A DNA stretch of 61,069 nucleotides, the filler included, from Asterionella formosa (Eukaryota), in NCBI GenBank assembly GCA_002256025.1. It is 18 parts of 18 records of this genome, joined end to end, with 100 filler letters (N's around TTAATTAATTAA, not from the genome) between each part and the next. Parts side by side here need not be neighbours in the genome. Positions count along the whole stretch, not along the records: positions 34,027 to 37,322 come from NKIB01014272.1; positions 37,423 to 40,717 come from NKIB01014273.1; positions 40,818 to 44,112 come from NKIB01014274.1; positions 44,213 to 47,506 come from NKIB01014276.1; positions 47,607 to 50,898 come from NKIB01014277.1; 13 more parts are not named here. The stretch is one strand, 5' to 3'. The first letter of the stretch is position 1, and each line of letters begins with the position of its first letter. The notes under the pieces were generated by a model. That model was not told the origin of the DNA, did not search any database, and saw only the letters and a list, made by a program, of their open reading frames with translations. Positions 35,879 to 49,220 of this stretch are shown one piece after another. Position numbers and translations under genes: made by a program.

Positions 35879-37156
35879 AAAATCAGATCTCAGCAGCAAG
35901 ATTTAGTGCTCCTGTGTTAGCTTTCTTCCACTGCTCTACAATAGTATTGTTTCATTGTTTTCTAATCACAATATTACTTTTGTTACTTCAATATAATCAC
36001 CTACAATGACAACGAAAAGCTGTCAATCTCAATGAGCTATCTCGAACTCAGCAAAGCAGCCAGAACATGATGGTACCGTTGTTCTGCATGAACTCGCATT
36101 CAACAAGGAAAAGAGGACAGGTATGTGCTTGTTGATTGTTGCTGTCATGTTTGAGTTCCCGCCATGGTGGAGCATACTAATTATAATACATATTCTTTCT
36201 CTTCAGAATGTTGATGAAGGCACCTGTCACCATGTTACTCCTCCACTTCCTGACAATGCCACCAAGTCACCATCCACTAGTCAAACCCTTGTCCAATGAG
36301 GTAAAGTATATTGCCAGTTGCTTGTTATTGTTTTTCACAAGGTATAATAGAAATGCATTGACATTATTCATTTCTTTTTCTTGTTTCCCAATGCTAGCAA
36401 AGCCACTTAATTCGAAACTTGCATGAAGATTGTAAAGTCTTCAGAATGCCAACAATGTTGGCAACACATCTCGCCAGCACCAACAAAGAATCACTCAATT
36501 GACCTTGCTCCCTGTCATCCTTCTCAAACTTGTCCTCCTAAAGTTACAAGCCACAAGCGCCCACATCAGCCAGTACATTTTTCGATGCATCCTGCTCCTC
36601 CTCCTGCCAGATACTACCAGCAGCCTGCACCCCCAGCACCAAAACTCCACTATCAACAAGCTGTTGCTCCTCCACCACCACAACTCGAAATCAATTAATC
36701 CAGAAACCACTCCCTCCAAATCTATGCATGCATCGGTTTCTGCTGCTCCAGGCCCGATCTGACCATTTCTGAAATTTCATTGCGACAGCAAAAAAGTGTG
36801 AGTTGACATTACGTTGCTCGATGGTCCCCTGCTCAAACCTAAAATTGGACTGTCGAAAAATCCAATTTGCCCCTAAAAAATTACTTAAGAAATACCAAAA
36901 ATTACTTAGACACCCCCACAGTTCTCATCGAAAAGCAAGACGATAGCTGGAGCGGGAATTGCTCCCGGAAAAACTACCGGTATTTGGTACAAGAGAAGGC
37001 CCTGACATCTTAATTTCGTGCATACATCTATTCTTATATTCATATAAATGTATTTATATGTATTTTTATTTCGCACAGGATATTATGCAACATGTAGGAT
37101 AAATTGATCATCAGGATCTTGATTCCTCCATCATTCCAACCAATTCTGACACCACC

Positions 37157-37322
37157 ATGGCAACCAAATCCACCACTATGGACACACTCGTCACCGCCGA
37201 GACGTTAGGTATGCTGGACGTGACTCATGTTGATGAATCCCATTGGCTAATTCGCATTCCGGCAACGTTGTCGGATGTTTACAGCAAGGCGCCGGAGGGG
37301 ACGGTCCTGGGCGAGCTTGTGT
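37157..37322 (+). CDS. Probable TFIIF beta subunit (RAP30/GTF2F2) N-terminus, cut by contig edge
   Basis: LDVTHVDESHWLIRIPATLSDVYSKAPEGTVLGELV resembles the RAP30 N-terminal pattern (LD....xxWLVKVP..L...W......LG.L). Confidence 0.6.
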
Positions 37323-38706
37323 NNNNNNNNNNNNNNNNNNNNNNNNNNNNNNNNNNNNNNNNNNNNTTAATTAATTAANNNNNNNNNNNNNNNNNNNNNN
37401 NNNNNNNNNNNNNNNNNNNNNNGAAACTTGTCTGACTACATGCTGCAAATCCCATTTCCTTTTGATCCGATTCTGTTTTATCCATTTTGATTTCCTAATT
37501 ATAATAACAATGAGAAGGAATTACTTGCTCGTTTGCCATGTTTTGTTTATGTCTCAACAATGCAGTTCCATTCTATTTTCACTTACCATGAATAGACATG
37601 ATATATTCTGTCACACAGGTTTTCCCATCACAATGTGTCCAACAATCCATTTTAATTGTTCACTGTATTAACTAATGGGAAGGAATTTTGTGTTAGGCTT
37701 GTCTTGTCTAGCTTTCAATACAACAGGCAGTTCCAATCATGATGATATGGTCACTTACCGCAACGATGATGCGAATTCTTGTTCAGTTTCCATATTCCTC
37801 AATAATTCGTGGAGACATTGATTTTCAGAAATTCCATAAACTCTTTGCATACAATTACCCTGATAGATATAAAAGGATGTGTTACTTATGTTCTAACAGC
37901 TGATTCTTCTGAGCATTGATCCAACGACAGCACTTACCACGACCGTCATTTCTTCACATTGATTTTTCCCCCACAAGTATGCATATATAGGTAAGCAAGT
38001 AAACACTTGAAGATAAAGCACGCATTGAATTACTGTCAACCCAATAATTGAATATTCTGACATGATATTCCATTCTTGACCTACTGTGGCTTTCGGCCTT
38101 CTGTTCATTACCATTCCTTATTGTGTTTCCAATGAAGTCGTAAGGTATCGGTAAATGGATCTGTAGCTGTGCGTAATAAACTGTTTATCTCTATGTTGCT
38201 TATACATTTCATGTAGTGTGCACGCGAATGAAGATGTACACACGAGTCCCAATAAAACTGAGCCAACCGTATATGTATATATGTATTTGTATGTTTGAAT
38301 ATTTCAAACACCCGTGTACCGGTACTGTCGTACACATAGATCTGAATATCATCAATATTACCGATAATAATTTTGATTTTATTCAATGTTGAATGATTTC
38401 ATTTGTTTTGAATTTAGTCTGTAAAAATTTCGGTAAGTGACATTAGATTATATACAATGCTGTATGAGTTCATTATTTACCACGACCAAAAATAGAGTAT
38501 AAATATAGGTTGTACAACAATTCAGTACGGAGTGATAGTTAATGAAATAATTAAGCCCCGTCATGGATGTGATATATAAATAACAAAGGGTTAGGGTTAG
38601 AATGCGAAGTATAAATATGTACTGTGGTTGTACAAGATTTGATGTAAAATGATCTTAGTACGATAACTTGTTTATGATCTTAATTCTAGTGTTTGTATGA
38701 TCGTGG

Positions 38707-40600
38707 TACACAGTAATTAATTTTAAAACATGAAATGTTGTAAGTAGGGCCCTATTTCATCTACATCTATCATGTTCACAAGTAAGGACTGCTAGGAGTA
38801 CGTAGTAACAAGGTGCCAGTAGTTATGAACAACTGTGTACATATTGTGCCAGTATTGACAATTAATTCTACCCCCAATACTAACATTTTTTGTCGTAGTG
38901 AAAGCTAGTGCAGTAGTTAAGTGTCATGATGCACGTACAAAGCATGCACTGTGTGTGAGTGGGCGGTGCCACCGTTGCTGGTGTTGAGAACCCCAACAGT
39001 GTCCTACAGGTTTCCCGACTTATTGACCCAGCATGACATCACTCCAATGACCACTCAGCCCGAAGCAACAACTGTCTCTAAACCACTCATAAATTATCAG
39101 TTCATCGAATACCATTACAGCTAGTAGCTTAGTGAGTTCTTCAATAGAACTGATAATTTAGGCTGACTTGTTGTCACCATGACAAGTGAAGGAGCCTTCC
39201 AGGCGAACTTCCCAGCGCCCTTGCTGACCCCCCTTGGCACGCTCACCGAGCAACCAACTTACCTCACGATCGAAACGGCCCAAAAGGAAATCAACGCCAA
39301 TGCGATCTCCGTCCACTCCTATGATGGAGGAGGACTCAATGGTCACCTCGCGTACATACTTTATGATTGCTTGATTTATATTCTGTGATGTATCGATAAC
39401 ACTTGCGTACATATTTTATGGTATTTTATTGTCATTCTTGTACTATTTTTACATACACAGTAATTAATTTTAAAACATGAAATGTTGTAAGTAGGGCCCT
39501 ATTTCATCTACATCTATCATGTTCACAAGTAAGGACTGCTAGGAGTACGTAGTAACAAGGTGCCAGTAGTTATGAACAACTGTGTACATATTGTGCCAGT
39601 ATTGACAATTATTTCTACCCCCAATACTAACATTTTTTGTCGTAGTGAAAGCTAGTGCAGTAGTTAAGTGTCATGATGCATGTACAAAGCATGCACTGTG
39701 TGTGAGTGGGCGGTGCCACCGTTGCTGGTGTTGAGAACCCCAACGGTGTCCTACAGGTTTCCTGACTTATTGACCCAGCATGACATCACTCCAATGACCA
39801 CTCAGCCCGAAGCAACAACTGTCTCTAAACCACTCATAAATTATCAGTTCATCGAATACCATTACAGCTAGTAGCTTAGTGAGTTCTTCAATAGAACTGA
39901 TAATTTAGGCTGACTTGTTGTCACCATGACAAGTGAAGGAGCCTTCCAGGCGAACTTCCCAGCGCCCTTGCTGACCCCCCTTGGCACGCTCACCGAGCAA
40001 CCAACTTACCTCACGATCGAAACGGCCCAAAAGGAAATCATCGCCGGAGTCCCCTACGTGCCCCCTGTTACACCTGCTGCGGAACCAGTGTTCCCCACGG
40101 AGGCGCCTACCGGCCCACATATCACTGAAGCCAACCGCCTGATTCTGGTCCGCCAAAAGACCTTCAAACTATATCATGATGTTGACAAAGCCCTTGTCTG
40201 CCAAATTATCGTCGCGACGCCACTGATCTATCTACATGCCTTGAATGATAGGCAATCTGGTTTTTCACGTGTAACTTGTCTCCAAATGCTCACTCACCTG
40301 CGCACACAATATGGCCGAGTAACCATGGCAATGAAAGATGACAACATTCAGAGCATGTCCACAGCATGGCATCCCCCGATGCCCATTGACTCACTTTTTC
40401 AGCAACTAGAAGACGTAATATACTTCGCCAATGCAGCGCAAGAACCTCTGGTTGACACTGCAGTTGCCGGCATGGGGTACAGCAATATAGCCAAAACAGG
40501 TCTATTCACTGCTGCATGCCGCGAATGGTGCTTATTGGACCCCGAAACCCAATCCTTTGCTGCCTTCCAAGTCCATTTCTACTTGTTCTCGTTGACATTT
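38707..40600 (+). mobile_element. Tandemly duplicated 5' end of a CoDi-type Ty1/copia element with truncated Gag (copies 38707-39293 and 39454-40040)
   Basis: Near-identical 587-nt direct repeat with offset 747. The Gag N-terminus FPAPLLTPLG..QPTYLTIETAQKEINANAISVHSYDGGGLNGHL and the later ..MLTHLRTQYG..WHPPMPIDSLFQQLED are typical of diatom copia Gag. Confidence 0.8.
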
Positions 40601-41248
40601 TCAATTCTCACATGATACTACATCTACTATTTCGATTCAGCATAGAAGGAGATACGAAAATGTGCGTAACAGACTACTGTCCACATAGCTATAGTTATAG
40701 AATGATTCTGATTAGAANNNNNNNNNNNNNNNNNNNNNNNNNNNNNNNNNNNNNNNNNNNNTTAATTAATTAANNNNNNNNNNNNNNNNNNNNNNNNNNN
40801 NNNNNNNNNNNNNNNNNACTGATTCAAATATTTCAAATGGAATCACGTCATTCAAAAATAGCTAATTAAATTCTTAATTCCAGGGAATTTTCGCAACCCT
40901 AAGCAATATTTTAATTTTTGCCTAGGGGTTCAAATGCAGCAACCTTAATACATGTCATACTTTCTTTTTTATACCCGGTACTTACTCAATTTCGAAATCA
41001 AGCATCATTGTACATCCAAGCTGATTCTGGATTCCGTCCTCCATACTCTCGTGTGTAGAAATTGTCGTACCGGTATATTGCTACCTAGTAAATTCTGAAC
41101 ACAGCGACCTCCTCTGTGTCCGGTAAAATGGTTGTGCTGCTCTCATTACCAAAATTGTTCTATTCTGCCTTGGTGTGTGTGTTGATCGCAGCTTTCGAAA
41201 AATTAGAGCATCGCTCAGCGGAAGTGAAGGAATGAGCGATCGAACCGT

Positions 41249-42994
41249 ATGATGCAACGACTCAGCCATGATATAGCAGTCCAGCCACTTTTATTTGGAC
41301 AGCAAAATCTGTATCGAATTAAGGAGCTGAATCAACTTTGTCCACTTAAACTTAAGTGGAGCAATTTACTAATTGTTGCCTTGTGTCTCCTTTCAAAGGT
41401 CCCTTGCATCCATTGCAAACATCATACTTCCGGTAGTTATAGGAGTCAAACGACGCAAGCGCCAATTTGCAATTGGGACAATGAGCTGCGGCCACGATAT
41501 GGCAATTCAAAAGCAACAAGGATTATCAAACTTCCGCCAGATTTTTTTAGAGGACCAACCCAACGACTATGGGATATCTATGACTGGGTGAGTCTTCGAG
41601 GGGGTTCAGACATTGGCCTTTTGGCGATAGATCGCTTGGCGAGGTCTGTCGCTTACTGGCTCGGAGCGATTGTTACATGGCAAAGCCTCGGTACTTTGCT
41701 GATGAGTCGGGATCACCTCTTTGACGAGGTGTGTCATCTTTGCTTTTTATGTAGAGAACTAGTCGACGTTTGATGCCAGCTGCATACTCACTTGGTGTTA
41801 TAATTCCTTGCTAAATCCTTACAGTTAGCCACCAAATTTCTCAGCGCAGAAAGTGCCACTGCAGTCAAGACTGTGCGAACTATTATCTCCCAATTTTCTG
41901 ATCATGGTGTTATTGATGTATTCAAGATGTACCCACCGAAAGATGTTATTGCATCTATCCTCACTCTTGCCAAGTTACATCGAGTTATCGCGTATGTTGA
42001 AGACGATTCCCCAGGCGAGGAATGGGACGACCTGGCTATCTTGGAGCAGCTAGCACGTTATGCTGTATTTGCCAACGCTGCCTATGGTTGGAAAATGGAC
42101 TTAGCCTTTCGAGGTAAGATCAACAGGAGTGACCTACAAACATTACTAACAAGGACCGGGATTGAACCGGAAGATGTGGTGGTTGCGGAATGGGAGTCCA
42201 AGACACACAGACCTGCATATTTCATTGTCAGAGATCACAAGCAGGAGAAGATTGTACTTTGCATTCGAGGGACCTGGTCGGCCAATGATTTGCTGACTGA
42301 TTTGTGCTGTACGGCGGAGCATTTTGAGACTGGAACCACGGGAAGATATAAGGCACATCACGGGATGCTAAAAGCTGCGCTAGGAGTCGCGAATGCAGCA
42401 CTAGACTTTGTCACTCACGAGCTTGACAAATATCCAAATTATTCTTTAGTTCTTGTTGGGCACTCTCTTGGAGCTGGAGTAGCGTCTGTATTGGGTTCAA
42501 TATGGCACAGTCGTTTCCCGTGCCTCCAGGTCTTTGGATTTGGAATGCCGTGTGTTGGCCCTTTGAATGCCTTTCCGACAAGGTGCCCAAACACTTTTGC
42601 TGTAATTGGGGAAGGAGACCCTTTCTCTCGCCTTAGTTTGGGGCACGTCGCAGATCTGTCGATGGCAATTGCTCATTTGTGTGAGCAAGAAGAATTAAGG
42701 ACCCTAATTGCATTGCGAACAGATGGGCCTCTACAGGATATTGTATGTCAAGACCTGGACTGGTGCATGGATACCATGAAGAAGCTTCGAGTACATATGA
42801 AGGGAGAACAACTGTTTCCACCTGGTAGGATTCTATATATGAAACGAACTGTATCAGCTGCCAGTGGCAAACCAAGCATTACCCTTCGGCAAGTCCCGCC
42901 CACTCATTTCCAAGATCTCCGACTTCATCCTCGAATGTTGGATATCAGTCGACATGTCCCTTCCTTGTACGAGAGCTTGCTTCAGATAAAGTGA
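41249..42994 (+). CDS. Class 3 lipase (diacylglycerol lipase-like), 2 exons (intron 41729-41824)
   Basis: RYAVFANAAYG, IVLCIRGTWSANDLLTDL, AHHGMLKAA, the LVGHSLGAG nucleophile motif, GDPFSRLS and FPPGRI. The start codon is uncertain. Confidence 0.9.
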
Positions 42995-44212
42995 CTGTAG
43001 GAAGGAATAGCGGAAACATAACGCAGTTCTTTGTTCTCCGGCACTGCTGGGCTTGGGATCAGAAGTAGAATGCCAACTTCCTTTAGAAACCGGTTCCAAA
43101 ATATTGATCCTTTGCTGGGTGATTCCTGCCAGCATACCAGTAGCCAATGGACTCAATACTTGGTCAGTGTTCTGGTGAATTTTTTCTTTGCTTTATTGAT
43201 CATCAATTTCACACATAAATCTTAGCAGGCCCAAATTTTTCGATCTGAATTGCTTTTTATTGTCATGATGTGAAATCATATCCAATGACAAAATCTAGGA
43301 TGATTTGAGTTAGGGTTAACAGCATTCCATCAATGTACATGATGTCGTCAATATTATACTATACAGAGAAACTGTTTCTGGTGAAGAAATATTTGAACTA
43401 ATGTTAATGAAGATGAACATACAATTAATAAGATGGGATGGAATATTTGGAAAGTTAAATGTTCTATGTAATGAACTATTCACAGGCATGTCGTCGCCAT
43501 TGGAGCTGCCAACAATGTAAGTAAAACAATATTCTATATGTGTTATGAAGTAAAAGAATGATTGAATGATCAGGAACAGATCATTATCATTACTTGGTTA
43601 TCTCTATGAAAGTTTGGACAAAAGATCCAAGATCCAACTGATCTGAAATAAGTGGAGTTGAATTGATTGTAAATCGATTTCTAGTTTAATAAGCTCACAA
43701 TAAAATAAAGAAGCAAAACGTTGCTGTCTACATTTAACTTGTCTAAGAGAAAGACTATAGCATACAGCGTGTACAAACGTGTACTGCTACTGGTGTAAGG
43801 AATTTAACAATCCAACACCACCTCGAAATAGCATGACATTGGTACTGCTAGCTAAGTACCGGTACCAGGTACTCAAAATGCTAGTCACATGGTGCATTGA
43901 GTGTACCTGGTACTCCATACCTTGGTACCTGGAACCCTAGTATTACTTGTAAAAATCAACCCAGGTTGTATTTTTCTGTAGGCCTCAAGTATCGTTCTAC
44001 TGCGGATGGTAAAATACCTTGACGGTATTTTTCCGTACTTGATCACGAGAAAATACAGTATTGTACAACAAAGAAAAAATCAACCCGGTTGCATTGACGG
44101 TTGATTTTGTACNNNNNNNNNNNNNNNNNNNNNNNNNNNNNNNNNNNNNNNNNNNNTTAATTAATTAANNNNNNNNNNNNNNNNNNNNNNNNNNNNNNNN
44201 NNNNNNNNNNNN

Positions 44213-44462
44213 AGACTGTCTCTCCAAACAGCATGACGTTATTGCTGGCATCACATGCCTTGACGCATTGTTCAGTTATCTTGCTTCTGTAGTACCCAGG
44301 GTCGCAAGAAAGAGGCTTGTTAGGAAGAGATTTTTTCGACTTTTTCGACTGTTTCAACGCAGACTTGTTCGACGCAGTCTTTTTGGACCCAAGAATGCGT
44401 GCCTCAACATGCGTTATCACGGCAATGAGGGCAAGGACACGAGCAAGCAGTGGGAGCTTCAT
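44213..44462 (-). CDS. Secreted protein N-terminus (Lys/Ser-rich linker then Cys module), cut by contig edge
   Basis: Signal peptide MKLPLLARVLALIAVITHVEA, then SKKTASNKSALKQSKKSKKS and CDPGYY...CVKAC. Confidence 0.6.
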
Positions 44463-45359
44463 GACGCCAATCAATGGGTTCGGTATGATGATGAGATGTG
44501 CTTCAGGGATTCAATGAGGATGGAGTACGGTAGTTGAAAGATCAAGATCAAGAAAATATTTGTTTGCGCTGAGATCCATCAGCCGCTTTTCCACGAATTG
44601 GAGTTCGATGTCGCATTCAGATCAGAGTCTCGATGAGTTCGCGCCTGATGGCTTCATTGAGTCGTTTCTGAGTCGTAGAGAACTCCAACGATGCCGGGAG
44701 GTGTCGCTTCTGCATTGCTACCGGTATTTTGTTCTTCTCGGTGTCTTCGTCGTCGTGCAAATTGTACATGAGTGCGAAAATTTCATCATTGCCATCCCTG
44801 CACGTATGTATGTCTATACCGGTATTACCAGTATCTACTTTTATCGAAAGCATCATTGTTGTTCCGATGAGTTCCCACCATGCAGCAATGTCTTTCTCTC
44901 GCTCAGAGAACGCCCTTGCCGGAAATACCGGTATATACCCGGTTTTGCTTTCACGATCAGATGACCCTACCGGTAAGCGATCTTGCGCATCAAGACAGAT
45001 GTATGTAGGGTTAGTGTTATAAATCAGAACTCAATAATGATAGAAATCGACTACTGTAACCCTTATTGCATGCTTTGGTGTCGACTTAGAGAATGAGTTA
45101 CACACAAGGAGTAACAAATAAGCTCATATATTCAACAAATACTACTTACTACTTCTACCAGTAGTTACCGGTAGATACTTTAGATCCTACCCGTAGATCC
45201 TCTATGTAGCTAATCTTAGAAGAATCTATTAGGCAGTACGATTGTATTATGTGGTATGTACTACCGGTACTATTTATGGCCGAGCCACTTCGTTTGGATC
45301 AGCATGACGGAACATAGTACGAGACCATACCGGCAGTCGTGCTACGAAACCTAGATTAT

Positions 45360-45449
45360 GGTACCAGTACCAGGTACCTGGTACTACTTGGTGGGAGTAC
45401 CTGGTACACCAGGGTACCTGGTACCCTGGTAACAGGTACCAGGTACCAC
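45360..45449. repeat. Cluster of GGTACC(A/T) units in both orientations upstream of PP2A
   Basis: GGTACCAGTACCAGGTACCTGGTAC...GGGTACCTGGTACCCTGGTAACAGGTACCAGGTACC. Confidence 0.8.
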
Positions 45450-45675
45450 TGGGGTTGGCACGCCGTACCGGTAGCATAAGTCTGCACTACGGTACCAGCT
45501 AGCATACCAGTAACCAGTAGGCTAGAGTTCTATCCTACCATGGTAGTAGGTAGGAGGTAGGAGTACTCCCTACTTGTTCGCACCGTACTACGGTAAAACT
45601 CCATCATCAATAATCGGCATTGAACTACAAATTGAGGCAGCACAAGGACAACGGAAGTGTACTCAATGATACGAA

Positions 45676-47084
45676 ATGTCTTCCGTTCACTCTGATTTAG
45701 ATGCTCAGATTGAGAAGTTACGAAATGGGGATACGCTAGCAGAACATGAAGTGAAGCTGCTCTGTGACAAGGTGCGTTGTGGTGTCATTCTCCTACCGAA
45801 GTTACCGGGAGCTCCTCTCTCGCTCTGACTGGTGTTTGTGGCAGGGACAGATGAGTCGCGTAGGCTCTTGGTACTGATTTCACGTGGGCGCTTTGTGGTG
45901 AACAAGTGCTTCCGCGAAACTAGGATGGATAGTGAGAGTACATACCGTTGGAATTATCTCGACTCGACATGATTCTTCTGATGCATGATTGTTGCTTCTA
46001 TTACGCCACAGGCCAAACAAGTTCTTCAAGAGGAATCAAATGTTCAGCCTGTGCAGGCACCAGTGACAGTGTGTGGCGACATTCATGGACAGTTTTATGA
46101 TTTAGCAGAATTGTTCCGAATTGGAGGCGCATGTCCTGATTCCAATTACCTTTTCATGGGAGACTATGTGGATCGAGGGTACTACTCCTTGGAAACAGTC
46201 ACCTTGCTTGTGGCTCTCAAAGTTAGATACCGCAGCCGTATTACCATTCTTCGTGGCAATCATGAAAGTCGTCAAATTACGCAAGTGTAAGTGGAACTAG
46301 TTTCTTTATTTGCTACACACACGGCATCGCGTCGTAGTGCCTGATCGGAACGCATGTTGCTTTTGCTCACACTGTATTGTAATGCATCTACATATATAAT
46401 TGTATATACCGGTAGTTATGGCTTTTACGACGAGTGTCTCAGGAAGTACGGCAACGCCAATGTCTGGAAGCACTTTACGGATACCTTTGACTACCTCCCC
46501 ATGACAGCGGTTGTGGCCGATCGTATCTTTTGCCTTCACGGTGGACTGTCACCATCGATTGACACCTTGGACCATGCCAGAGACTTGGACCGCGTGCAAG
46601 AAGTCCCACACGAGGGACCCATGTGTGATTTGGTATGGTCCGATCCAGACGATCGATGTGGATGGGGAATCTCGCCACGAGGGGCGGGATATACATTTGG
46701 GCAAGACATTACAGAGCAATTTACGCATATTAATGGACTGCATTTCATTGCCCGAGCGCATCAACTGGTTATGGAGGGATATCAGTGGCAGCACAATAGG
46801 AGTGTTGTGACGGTCTTTTCGGCGCCGAATTATTGTTACCGATGTGGCAATCAAGCTGCCATTATGGAAGTGGATGATGCGGTCGAGCAATGTAACAAAG
46901 ATACCATCTATGATCACTGCAAATTGTACGGACGCATTTTGACATGTTGCACTGTTTAAACATTCGTTCCCTTCTAACACTGTTCTCTCTTTCTGTATTT
47001 GGATACTATAGTTCACAATTTGACCCTGCTCCAAGAGACGAGTACTGGCACAAGAGCCCAAGAACACCTGATTATTTCTTGTAG
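45676..47084 (+). CDS. PP2A: Serine/threonine protein phosphatase 2A catalytic subunit; exons 45676-45771, 46012-46286, 46416-46925, 47012-47084
   Basis: [53 protein letters not shown] and the diagnostic C-terminal TPDYFL. Introns are in-frame GT-AG. Confidence 0.97.
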
Positions 47085-48613
47085 ATTATCCTACATTTCT
47101 TCCCATTGTATGATGTGCATATCATGCATGATGTATGTGTGTGTGTGTGTGTGTGCATCTGCAAAAAAAAGGATTGTTGGTTTCGATTCTTCGAGAATAC
47201 CATAGTCCAACCGACACCCAATATACTGCAAGGTTTTTTTTATACCTTTGCTAATTTTAAGAAAGCTTTCTTTACAGTATATCCTTTGAATTTTCATTTT
47301 GCATACCATAGTATACTTACTACCAGTACTAGGTACCATCACTTTAGGAAGAACGTAGGAGGTGTGTTCAGGACAAAACTATATAGCGTGACAACTTCAA
47401 GCGTGCTTTTCTCATCCAAAAAAAGAAGCTAGTAATGAAAAGTAGAATAATATTGTTTCAAGTCAACAGTGAATCATTTATTGCTTTTTACTTTTTGAAT
47501 AATATTNNNNNNNNNNNNNNNNNNNNNNNNNNNNNNNNNNNNNNNNNNNNTTAATTAATTAANNNNNNNNNNNNNNNNNNNNNNNNNNNNNNNNNNNNNN
47601 NNNNNNTGTGAGGCTAGAATTTGAATTTTAGACGCCATTAGATCAATCGATTGCACCAGTGGTGCTTTCATGTTGCGCTGTGTTGCTGATATTGATTTTC
47701 CATCCACAAAATAAATTATATAGTTGGCGCTGGCATGTGTACAGTTATTTTTTCAGTGGCAACAGACATGATGCACAGTGATCAACAGCTGTATCACTGA
47801 TACAGCATTGGTCAGGGGTCCAAAAACTGTATCAGTGATACACCCATGATACACTGGTGATCAGACCAAAAGAAACTGTTGGAGATACACAAAAAAACCA
47901 AACTGCCATTTTTGTATCATATTTCGGAGATGATACACCAATGATGACCAATGACAGAATGATAAGAACAGCCGTATAAGATAAGTTGTTTTCATCACTT
48001 CGGCCAGAGAAGGAGAACGATTTTGATTTTTGGAGAGAATAAAGCAACGTAGTAAGCAAGACTTGCGTTCCTTTGCTTAGTATTGCTTACTTTGCTTCTG
48101 GCCGCCCCTCTATTGCCCCGGTCATTGTTGTGTTTTCTTGACGTTTCCCTGTTTTGAAGAATAAAATTAGCATAAAACCCAGTACGTCACTAATAAGTTG
48201 TGATCACCATGCATACAGACAATTTTAAAGAGTGAATTGATGACGTTTTCTATGTTAAAAAACGCCTGTCCTGCGTCACATTATCAATTTCAGCAAAATG
48301 ACTGGAACTTGCTGGTACCCGGTATCGGTACAAGGGGTATATGAAGAAATACAGGTGGTATGTGGGGATTGGTACGAGTTGCACATATTTTTATGCCGGT
48401 ATACCTAATAGTGTAGCACATCATAGTCAGCATCTCCCTACCTATGTGTGCTCCAGGGCTACCCAGTATATTGTAATGATGGCACGTCATCAAACTTCAC
48501 CACATCGTTGGGTCCTTCATCATTGAAACATTGAAACACATCAGCACTGGAACGATTCCGATATCATAAAAAAATTGAAGGTGAACGATAGGATCCTGTA
48601 GTTATATCTAATC

Positions 48614-49163
48614 ATGAAGATTACTCGTGCATCCATACTTGCGCTTGCACTTCTTTCAACGGAGGCTGCCGCGTTTTCATCCTTCAATGGCACCCCGCTC
48701 AAGAGCAATGTTTGCAACTCTGTCACGACAAGCATGGAGTACATTCCTTCTGGCATGTCCAAGGAACAATGGAAGAAAGTGAAGGAGGCCGAGAAACAGA
48801 AGCAAGCGAAGAAAAACCTTGGGAAGGTTGGCATCACGAGTTTCAAGTCTCGATCTTTTGCTGATTGGCAAAAAGCCGGAGGTGTCAACCTTTTCCCCGT
48901 TGACCCAAAAACGGTTAAGGATCCTAAGGACATTCCATACATGTAAGAATCATTCCATTTGATATTTGTTTCAAAAGAGAAGGGTCAATAACTAATTCAT
49001 CGAACTTTCCCACCCGAACAGGCAACGAGTTGGAGGAACTTCTGATGGATCAGACCTTAAGAAGTCCGTTGTCAATCCTTTCGCCAATATCTTTGGGAAG
49101 AAAAAGGCACCAGATCCTGCACCTGCGCCCGAGAAGAAGCCCAACTGGTGGAACTTGAGCTAA
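48614..49163 (+). CDS. Small plastid-targeted hypothetical protein, 2 exons (intron 48943-49021)
   Basis: Signal peptide ending AAA-F (ASAFAP-like) plus a Ser/Thr transit peptide. Mature part: YIPSGMSKEQW..FKSRSFADWQ..PYMQRVGG..KKPNWWNLS-stop. Confidence 0.8.
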
Positions 49164-49220
49164 ATAATTGGAATTCAATAACGAAAATGAATCCATCATG
49201 CCTCCATCCTTGTAAAAATG

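Noticed and set aside
36000..36760. Pro/Gln-rich short ORFs with intron-like signals
   Set aside because: I could not assemble a consistent open spliced frame or recognise a domain.
38587..38600. AGGGTTAGGGTTAG telomere-like sequence
   Set aside because: Only two units with no associated structure, so compatible with chance.
44617..44856. 79-aa minus-strand ORF; similarly the short ORFs at 57549-57680, 57781-58050 and 59199-59549
   Set aside because: No recognisable motifs, and too short or truncated to support as genes.
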